Shown here: positions 56,931 to 64,000 of the stretch, piece by piece
Layout: each line of letters opens with the position of its first letter
Position numbering within the stretch: position 1 is the stretch's first letter
Source of the DNA: Candidatus Thorarchaeota archaeon
GTDB lineage: Archaea > Asgardarchaeota > Thorarchaeia > Thorarchaeales > Thorarchaeaceae
DNA: 64,000 bases
Assembly (NCBI GenBank): GCA_048882045.1
Contig: JBHLRZ010000002.1
Coordinates: 128,001-192,000 of the forward strand
Direction of reading: 5' to 3'
Program-made: the position numbers and the translations under genes
Notes under the pieces: model-generated
Database searches by the model: none
Told to the model about the DNA's origin: nothing
The model's input: only the letters and a program-made list of their open reading frames with translations

Positions 56931-57463
56931 GAACCATGAGGGCGGAAATTCGAATTGCTGGAACAGGTGGGATGGGAGTAGTGCTAGCAGGGGTCATCCT
57001 TGGGCACGCTGCAGTAGTCTATGGAGGTCTCGAGGCTATCCAAAGTCAGAGTTATGGTGCAGAAGCCAGAGGGACCGCTGCAAAGAGCGAGGTCATCATC
57101 AGCGACCAACCCATCAAGTATCCAAAGGTACGAGAATCAGACTACTTTGTTGTCATGTCCCAGAAAGCTCTTGATATGTACATCGGAGGCGCAAAAAAGG
57201 GCAGTGTTCTCATTGTTGATCCTGATTTGGTCAAGACTGAGAGTGTGAAGAACGACTATGAGATTGTCGAAGTTCATGCGATGAAGACTGCTGATGAGCT
57301 GGGTCTCAGACTTGTATCCAATATGGTGATGTTGGGAGCACTAGTAAAGAAGTCAGGTCTGTTCCCCATCGATACCTTGGAGAAGGCAATCTCCGACCTC
57401 ATCAGTTCCAAGACATTAGAGTTGGACATCAAAGCAATAAAGGCAGGAGCCAGTCTAGTCTAA
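56927..57463 (+). CDS. korC: 2-oxoacid:ferredoxin oxidoreductase gamma subunit
   Basis: AGTGGMG, QSYGAEARG, NMVMLGA. Confidence 0.9.
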   Translation: MRTMRAEIRIAGTGGMGVVLAGVILGHAAVVYGGLEAIQSQSYGAEARGTAAKSEVIISDQPIKYPKVRESDYFVVMSQKALDMYIGGAKKGSVLIVDPDLVKTESVKNDYEIVEVHAMKTADELGLRLVSNMVMLGALVKKSGLFPIDTLEKAISDLISSKTLELDIKAIKAGASLV

Positions 57464-57738
57464 CCGCCATGAATCAGTGGCAACACAACCAGCAAGTCTC
57501 CATCGTTCAGTCTTGTTTCAAGTCCCCCCGTGAGACCAATATCAGAATCGTTATGTAGGATGAGTGCGTCGCGATCTATCGTTTCAGGACTCGACCAAAC
57601 CTCTCTCACACTTGCTTCCTTCTCTATCAGTTCAGTCAGTATATCAAGAAGGCTACTCCCATCTCCACATTCGATGTCAATCAGTCCGTCTTGAATCTTT
57701 TTGGCTAGCGGTCCTCTGAACTGAACAGTCACTTTCAT
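57460..57738 (-). CDS. MoaD/ThiS/SAMP ubiquitin-like protein
   Basis: GLETRLNDGD..LPLIHGG with C-terminal GG. Confidence 0.88.
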   Translation of the reverse strand: MKVTVQFRGPLAKKIQDGLIDIECGDGSSLLDILTELIEKEASVREVWSSPETIDRDALILHNDSDIGLTGGLETRLNDGDLLVVLPLIHGG

Positions 57739-57839
57739 TTGTTAACGACCACTCGTCTAGTTTGAGTGATTGATTGATAAAGGACTTGATTCGTGCGTTA
57801 GTATCAAGTTCTATATACTGTACAGACTGGGTTGAGAAT

Positions 57840-59360
57840 ATGACAACGGATTGTGAGCCTGAAACTGAAACATCAGTTGAGGTTATCCAAAGTAGGTATG
57901 CTCGTATATTCGGTATCGAGCGACCCACTGGTGAGGCAGTCCGCTTGGTCAAGATTCTATCCGTTCTCTTGCCTTCTTTTGCCGCCAGTTTCCAAATCAG
58001 TACGACCTTCTGGATGATTTACATCGCAGAGTCGCTGGGTAATGGTGACTACTTCGCTGGACTCACGTTTGTTGGATTTCTTGTTGTCCTCCAGATGGCA
58101 GTCCAGACCACCCTTGACTATCCTACAGGTGCCTTGGGTGACTGGATTGGTCAACGGTATGTAATCTCGTCAGCACTCATCTGCTATTCAATCGCTTTCT
58201 ACCTTTCATCAATGATTGTGGCTGACACACCCGCACCACTGTGGATCTACATTGCAATCTACGCTCTCTTTGGTCTTGGGTCGTCACAAGAGAGTGGAGC
58301 CTTCAACGCTTGGTTTGATAACAACTATAGAGTAGCGATGCCTCACGATGAGGATAGAAAACAGTATGGAGTGTTCCAAGGTAGGCTTGGAATGGTCTGG
58401 CAGGTTTCATCAACCTTGGTTCTACTACCGGGTTCATGGCTTGCATTTCTCTACGGAGAAACCTGGGTATTCACTCTACAAGCGTTCTTTGCTGTCTTCT
58501 TGGCTATTATTGTTTTCAGACTTGTCAGAGACCTCCCTGGTGTCCGAGAAGAAGATGAGCGTCCATCACTTGGGGAATATAGCTCGCTTCTGAAGGATGG
58601 CTTCAAGTTCCTATGGTCAAGTCGGTTCGTCACATTGATCATCATGGGAGAGGTCGTGATGTTCAGTATCGGACCAGTCTGGTGGAACCTCATCCTCTTT
58701 CCCCTTTACTTCAGCCTTCTGGTCACACAGGTTGCAGTGTCAGCATTTCGTACCCTTGTGTTTGTTCCACAAGCAATTGCAAATGAGAGAAGTGGAGTAT
58801 TAGCAAAGAGATTCGAACCTAGAATTTGGATTCCTCGGTTTAGAATTCTTCAGTTTATGGGAGTCATCTTCTACCTGGCTCTGGCTGCAATAGTGCATTT
58901 CTTCCCAACTATTCCTGCTGGAACAGATCCTTCCACAGTTGAGTTCTTGACAATACTGATACCCTTCACGAATCTTCCCTTGATCGAGATTCCTGTTCAG
59001 ACTCTTGTTCCAGTCGCTCTGTTATTCATTGTATTTGTCAGTCTAAACATGTTCGGAGCAATTGCAGGAATCCTTACACAGCGAGTCATGCTGGATGTTA
59101 TTCCAAACCGTATTCGTAACTCAATGTATTCTCTACAACCAACGCTCATCATGCTAGTGTCTATGCCTCTCATAGTATTTTATGGCTGGCTGATTCCAAA
59201 CTCAGGATTCACACTGCCATTCTTAATTAGTGCAGCAATCTCAGTTTTGTCTGTACTCATGATATGGTCTGCATTCAAGAATCCGATACCAAAGGCCGAT
59301 GAACTAGTCCCTGCCACTAAAGAAGAGAGGGAGGAGGTTCAAGAGATGGACATCACATAG
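57840..59360 (+). CDS. MFS transporter
   Basis: DYPTGALGDWIGQR, SGAFNAW, ~12 TM. Confidence 0.88.
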   Translation: MTTDCEPETETSVEVIQSRYARIFGIERPTGEAVRLVKILSVLLPSFAASFQISTTFWMIYIAESLGNGDYFAGLTFVGFLVVLQMAVQTTLDYPTGALGDWIGQRYVISSALICYSIAFYLSSMIVADTPAPLWIYIAIYALFGLGSSQESGAFNAWFDNNYRVAMPHDEDRKQYGVFQGRLGMVWQVSSTLVLLPGSWLAFLYGETWVFTLQAFFAVFLAIIVFRLVRDLPGVREEDERPSLGEYSSLLKDGFKFLWSSRFVTLIIMGEVVMFSIGPVWWNLILFPLYFSLLVTQVAVSAFRTLVFVPQAIANERSGVLAKRFEPRIWIPRFRILQFMGVIFYLALAAIVHFFPTIPAGTDPSTVEFLTILIPFTNLPLIEIPVQTLVPVALLFIVFVSLNMFGAIAGILTQRVMLDVIPNRIRNSMYSLQPTLIMLVSMPLIVFYGWLIPNSGFTLPFLISAAISVLSVLMIWSAFKNPIPKADELVPATKEEREEVQEMDIT

Positions 59361-59365
59361 GATCT

Positions 59366-60343
59366 CTATTTCGATATCGTCTTCTCTATTGATTTCTTTA
59401 GAACCTCTGCATTCAACTCTCCAGCATGGTATGTCTTACCACTCTCAATGTGGTTGAATGTTATTTCTGCAGGGCTGAACAGAAGTGGGTCTACCTTGTA
59501 GAAATCATTACCTACACTCTTGAAGAGGTCATAGAATGGCTCACCGTACTGCTCTGACGATGATGATGGAACCTGCTTGATGACGTCCTCTAGGTCCTTC
59601 TCACCATCTCTCACAAAGTAGAAGGTCCGACCTCCATAGAGGATGCAGTCATTTGTGACACCCATAGCTCGAGCATCCTTCTTTGCTACTGGAGCGACAG
59701 GAGCAACACCATATCCCGACCTGACCCTATCAAGGTCAAATTTAATCTCGTGTAGCTTGTGCATTCCGACCTCGACCACTCTAGCTGAAACCTGTATTGA
59801 ACCCACAAGACACGCTGTAGGAGCCAGAAGACAATAGAGATCAGAGGTGGCAATTCCACACTTGTCTGCGATATACTGAGCAACATTCTCCGGAGGTGAT
59901 TCTCTTGTTTCAAGTAGAATCACACCAACCTTGGCATCATCTGCATAGTCAAGATGCTTGTACAGCTTCTTCTCAACCCGGGAAAGGGCTCGTGCAGGAC
60001 CTGAACCCATTGCAAAGTATCCCTCCTCATTGATTACCCAGCCTGCGTACTGTGAGCCCATGCATGCTATCTTGGGATGATCAGAACTCACAACGACCGC
60101 GTCCAAATCCATGTCACCAATGTGCATCTTGGTGTGTCTAACAACACCATGACCTCCCAGACATACCTCACTCACCAATCTTCCAAGTTCCTCAGTTCCC
60201 TTGACTTCGATACCTGTATCTATGACTGTTGTACCGTTCTTGAGTTCACTGACAGTACAATCAAGGTCTTCCTTGTGGTTCATTATCTCCTTGGTTATCT
60301 CAAATGCTCCTTCATTTACACTGATTCTCATGTCCTCTCTCAC
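59366..60343 (-). CDS. mch: Methenyl-H4MPT cyclohydrolase
   Basis: ACMGSQYAGW, GSGPARAL, TNDCILYGG, DFYKVDPLLFSPA. Confidence 0.95.
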   Translation of the reverse strand: MREDMRISVNEGAFEITKEIMNHKEDLDCTVSELKNGTTVIDTGIEVKGTEELGRLVSEVCLGGHGVVRHTKMHIGDMDLDAVVVSSDHPKIACMGSQYAGWVINEEGYFAMGSGPARALSRVEKKLYKHLDYADDAKVGVILLETRESPPENVAQYIADKCGIATSDLYCLLAPTACLVGSIQVSARVVEVGMHKLHEIKFDLDRVRSGYGVAPVAPVAKKDARAMGVTNDCILYGGRTFYFVRDGEKDLEDVIKQVPSSSSEQYGEPFYDLFKSVGNDFYKVDPLLFSPAEITFNHIESGKTYHAGELNAEVLKKSIEKTISK

Positions 60344-60344
60344 C

Positions 60345-61199
60345 TCATTTCAAGTGCTGGTTCTTCAAAGCCCGAACGAAAATCTCTTCTCCGGGACTTG
60401 CCTCTGCGAAATCTCCCATGTACTTGACCCATTTCTCTGAGTATTTTATGTCCTCAGAAAGGAAATCTGGTCTACGGTCCTTCAGGTATCGCAGATAGTA
60501 GTTGATGAATTCTCTCTCAGAACTGCCGCTGAACTTGTAGGTCGGGAATAGTTTCTCCACCTTTCCAAGACAGAATATCATACCCTTGGTGGCTTGAACT
60601 CCCACACGTTCTGCCATGTCGCCCACAACAATCACAGTTCCACCCATCATTCGAGTGGCTGACTGAGGACCAACGTTTCCTTTGACAGCGATGAAGCCCT
60701 TTCGCATATGCGATGCCATCTCACGTCCTACGTTACCAGCTATGTAGACACGTCCACCTCTCATACCGTCTGTACTCCCTCTATAACCAGCACAGAGATA
60801 GTCTGCAGCATCACCTTCAACCTGGATGTTGCCACCCTCCATCTCAGCTGCAGCCCAATCACCAACGGAACCCTTCACATGGATTCGGCCAGCAATCATC
60901 TCTGCACCCAGATACATTCCGGTATCTCCTTCGACAGTAATCCTTCCTCCATTCATCCCTTTACCAATCATCTTCACTTTCTTGAGATCTCCTTTGACAA
61001 GAATCTCGGTTTCATCAGGTGTTGGACCACTCTCCCCACTGATGTCAAAGAAATCCTTGAGTTGAATGACCTGATTGCCTTGTTGAAGGGGCAATTCACC
61101 AATCTCCTTGACTGTTTTACCAGCAAAGTGATTAGGAGTAATAGAATCTGCTTCCAGAGGTAGTTCAGGTGTTTCTCTTAGTGACACGGTCACCGTCAT
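60345..61199 (-). CDS. fwdC: Formylmethanofuran dehydrogenase subunit C
   Basis: GXGXG-type repeats (GKGMNGG..GAEMIAG), YRGS..GMRGG. Confidence 0.93.
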   Translation of the reverse strand: MTVTVSLRETPELPLEADSITPNHFAGKTVKEIGELPLQQGNQVIQLKDFFDISGESGPTPDETEILVKGDLKKVKMIGKGMNGGRITVEGDTGMYLGAEMIAGRIHVKGSVGDWAAAEMEGGNIQVEGDAADYLCAGYRGSTDGMRGGRVYIAGNVGREMASHMRKGFIAVKGNVGPQSATRMMGGTVIVVGDMAERVGVQATKGMIFCLGKVEKLFPTYKFSGSSEREFINYYLRYLKDRRPDFLSEDIKYSEKWVKYMGDFAEASPGEEIFVRALKNQHLK

Positions 61200-61323
61200 G
61201 AGTCCATCCTCCACATTTTCTGGGACATAATCCCCGTCATAAATCCTTTTGCAGTTTCCGAACAGTTGTCGTAAGAAAGAAAAGGCGGGCAGAGCTTCGA
61301 TTTTTCACCTGTGGTGTGTTGTA

Positions 61324-62220
61324 ATGGAGATAAACGGAGTTCCAATAGAAAACACTTTTGCTGAAGCATTCAGTATGCACATGAATCGAACTATAATAAC
61401 CGCTTATAGTGAAGAATGGGCCCGGATCACCGCCCTAGAAGCTACTGGTTTCGGGACTTCAGTAATTATGGCACCAGCAGAAGCTGGAATCGATTCCATA
61501 ATGTCTCCTGATGAAACGCCTGACGGGCGTCCCGGAGTTCGTGTTATTTTTGCAGTGGGATCAAAGAAGAAATTAGAACCTCAGCTCTTAGCGCGACTTG
61601 GACAATGCGTCTTGACCAGCCCTACCGCGTCTGCATTCGATGACACACCAAAAGCCAAAGACCTCTATGAGATTGGTAAAAAAGTTGCAATGTTTGGTGA
61701 TGGTTTTCAGACCAAGAAGGGACCGATAGACGGAAGGGTCCTTTGGTTGATTCCAAGGATGAGTGGGACCTGTGTGATGCAGAACATGTTTGGTCGAGTG
61801 AAGGGTGTGGCTGGGGGCAACATCATCTATTGTTGCGAAGATGTTGAGAGCGGTATGAATAGTGGTATGGCTGCAGTCAAAGCAATTGAGAAGGTAGAAG
61901 GCGCCTATACCCCATTCCCAGGAGGTCTGGTGGGTTCGGGCTCAAAGCCCTCATCAAAATACAAGGTCCTTTTCGCATCCACAAACGAAAAGTTCTGCCC
62001 TTCTCTGAGAGCCATTGTCCCAGATACATATGTACCTGAGGGAAGTGAGTTCGTTCAAGAGATTGTCATCAACGGTCTTACTGAGGCGTCAGTCGCTGAA
62101 GCAATGAAGGTAGCTATCGAAGAAGTTTGCAAACATCCTGGCATCACCAAGATGAGCGCAGGTAACTATGGAGGAAAACTTGGAGAATACCAAATCTCCC
62201 TCCATGATCTCTTCAAGTAG
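61324..62220 (+). CDS. ftr: Formylmethanofuran:H4MPT formyltransferase
   Basis: ENTFAEAF, TGFGTSVI, TPDGRPG, AGNYGGKLG. Confidence 0.95.
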   Translation: MEINGVPIENTFAEAFSMHMNRTIITAYSEEWARITALEATGFGTSVIMAPAEAGIDSIMSPDETPDGRPGVRVIFAVGSKKKLEPQLLARLGQCVLTSPTASAFDDTPKAKDLYEIGKKVAMFGDGFQTKKGPIDGRVLWLIPRMSGTCVMQNMFGRVKGVAGGNIIYCCEDVESGMNSGMAAVKAIEKVEGAYTPFPGGLVGSGSKPSSKYKVLFASTNEKFCPSLRAIVPDTYVPEGSEFVQEIVINGLTEASVAEAMKVAIEEVCKHPGITKMSAGNYGGKLGEYQISLHDLFK

Positions 62221-63069
62221 TCAGTTCTTCTTCTCCTTGGGTGGTGTTATCTTCCCGACCTCATATGGAGCTTCTGAGAACATCATAGGTTGATTTGGAG
62301 AGTATGATGGCTCTTGATTGATCAGTCTCATCACCATCTCTTCTCCGGTATTGAATGCTCCTCTGAATTGAAACTCCAAGATGGGACTGTACAGCAATAG
62401 AGGGACAAAAATAGCAATCATAACATATCTCAGTGGCCACAGATTGTATCCTCCCACTCCGAGAATCAACTCGTTTAGCTTGAATGCCACCTCAAAGAAC
62501 GCCCACCAAAATCCAAAGAGGAGACTCGCCTGTCGAATATATTTCAGCCTATTGAAAAGCTGAAATGTGTCTTCTGCCCATTCGTCATACTCTTGCTGTC
62601 CGAATGAATATTGCAGAATCCCTTTATCCTGCGCTGAAAGCACTGCCAGTTTTCCGATGAACTCCTTGTTCTGTTTCTCAACTATAACAAGCGTTCGATA
62701 TCGCTTTCGGTAGAATCCGCCCAGTGTCATGATTGAGAATGCAATCATCACGATTGCCCATACAACAGTTAAGGCGACCATTATAGCCAGAATAATGATG
62801 AGACAGATGATTGCGCCTTCGCCGCTACCACCCCCTCCATCACAACCGTAACAATCTCCACCGCCGCCACATCCATCACTAAACACCTCGGATGTTACTG
62901 AAACACGACCAGTTTCTTCGGAATACACAGCTTGCTTACCAGGATTCACACCTGTTATATTTTCAATCTCATTCTTCAGAGTGGTACCTGATACGCCATA
63001 GGCTCGTATTGCGATAGCACTCTTTGGTTCCTCGTTCTCGAAGCCAGACAATGCTCCATCCTCCAACAA
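62221..63069 (-). CDS. Membrane protein with a Cys/Gly-rich motif before TM1
   Basis: DGCGGGGDCYGCDGGGGSGEG followed by a long hydrophobic helix. Confidence 0.65.
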   Translation of the reverse strand: MLEDGALSGFENEEPKSAIAIRAYGVSGTTLKNEIENITGVNPGKQAVYSEETGRVSVTSEVFSDGCGGGGDCYGCDGGGGSGEGAIICLIIILAIMVALTVVWAIVMIAFSIMTLGGFYRKRYRTLVIVEKQNKEFIGKLAVLSAQDKGILQYSFGQQEYDEWAEDTFQLFNRLKYIRQASLLFGFWWAFFEVAFKLNELILGVGGYNLWPLRYVMIAIFVPLLLYSPILEFQFRGAFNTGEEMVMRLINQEPSYSPNQPMMFSEAPYEVGKITPPKEKKN

Positions 63070-63090
63070 TTATAGATACACGAGCGATTA

Positions 63091-63999
63091 TCACTTCTTC
63101 GATAATGAAATAGGGTGTTTCTTTGCAGATTCAACTGTCATCCGTGACCACTGTGTGAATGTCTGAGCTGCCAGAGCCAGATGTCCTACATCAGCGATAT
63201 CAAGCCCTAACTGAGTAGTAATAGCCGCATCAAGTTCAAAGATATTGTCCGACCCCCAGATGAATCCCAAATCACGATATACATTCGATCTACCAAGAAA
63301 GTCTTCCGAACCTGTGGTTGTGAAGACCGCCTCAACAATCCCTCGCACATCAAAGAGTGAATGACAGATTTTATTGATGTCAACTATACTATCATTGAGT
63401 TTTGAATCATTAAGTCCGTGGAACTTACCTCTGTAGGGAGTTGCAATCATTCCAAACAGATTTTTGATTGACAGAGTAACACCTATTGTTCCATGAGCTA
63501 TTTTTGGTTTAGCCAGACTTAGTAGAGTGCCTTCTCTCAAATCATAGAGCCTTGTGGGAACCATTGAAAGTAATATATCACTTCTAACAGGACTGAATCG
63601 AGATTCTACTGATTTTCTGATTTCATCAGGCTCACATACCTTCTTGAACCACAGCTCTTCTGAGAGATTGAGATATTCTACGCCATGTTTTCTAAGAACT
63701 TCTTTTATTCCTGAGAATTCCAGAAACCATCTGTCATTTTCTCTCAGGTTTCTCTTCTTCTGTGCATCCAATCTCTTTTGGAGTTCTTCAGTAAATGGAC
63801 CTTCATGGTCCCTAAAGATTGGGCTTCGATAATGAGCATAACTCTCCACAACTATCTTCTCACAGTCCAAAGCTGACAATGTCCAATCTATAATCTCCGC
63901 TTCCGTGAAGAGCGTTGATGATGACCAATTAGGTTTAATCACAACAGGTGGTCTGAGATTTAGCTTTGAAACTATTTCAACGAAAGCTGATTTAGAGCC
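63091..63999 (-). CDS. DUF362 family protein (5' partial; frame open to the window edge)
   Basis: VVIKPNW, LSLAKPK, TLSIKNLFG. Confidence 0.78.
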   Translation of the reverse strand, partial: GSKSAFVEIVSKLNLRPPVVIKPNWSSSTLFTEAEIIDWTLSALDCEKIVVESYAHYRSPIFRDHEGPFTEELQKRLDAQKKRNLRENDRWFLEFSGIKEVLRKHGVEYLNLSEELWFKKVCEPDEIRKSVESRFSPVRSDILLSMVPTRLYDLREGTLLSLAKPKIAHGTIGVTLSIKNLFGMIATPYRGKFHGLNDSKLNDSIVDINKICHSLFDVRGIVEAVFTTTGSEDFLGRSNVYRDLGFIWGSDNIFELDAAITTQLGLDIADVGHLALAAQTFTQWSRMTVESAKKHPISLSKK

Positions 64000-64000
64000 T

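Noticed and set aside
1-64000. Integrase, transposase, reverse transcriptase or prophage genes; many overlapping antisense ORFs
   Set aside because: No such motifs recognised; short ORFs opposite well-supported genes are treated as shadows

Overview
Chromosomal segment of an anaerobic archaeon, most likely Asgard (Thorarchaeia-like). This is inferred from the joint presence of PolD DP1, Cdc6, GINS51, an RPA3-like OB protein, SmAP3-type Sm, cdrS-ftsZ, the H4MPT enzymes Mch/Ftr/FwdC and HdrABC/MvhD. Most of the window is core machinery: the rpl15e-RNase P protein cluster, a replication/transcription block around a candidate origin upstream of cdc6, rpl3-4-23-2, an unusual Hdr operon and several redox enzymes. 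No CRISPR array, integrase or transposase was seen. Main observations: (1) Both tRNA genes (iMet and Ser-UGA, each with two BHB-type introns) are followed by two single-gene cassettes delimited by copies of that tRNA's 3' end, with no integrase in the window. This is a candidate tRNA-anchored gene-capture array carrying a PD-(D/E)xK nuclease, a 2H phosphoesterase and membrane proteins. The Ser copies match the intron-less T-loop better than the genomic one. (2) A ~220-nt structured, unassigned ncRNA candidate at 17010-17231. (3) A HypD-like glycyl radical enzyme with Cys-Val-Thr in place of the catalytic Cys-Val-Glu. (4) A 753-aa helical/double-wHTH/ferredoxin protein in the hdr operon. (5) A structured eL15 leader and mini-ORB-like repeats. 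All calls were made by eye from the sequence and remembered family motifs; no searches were run.
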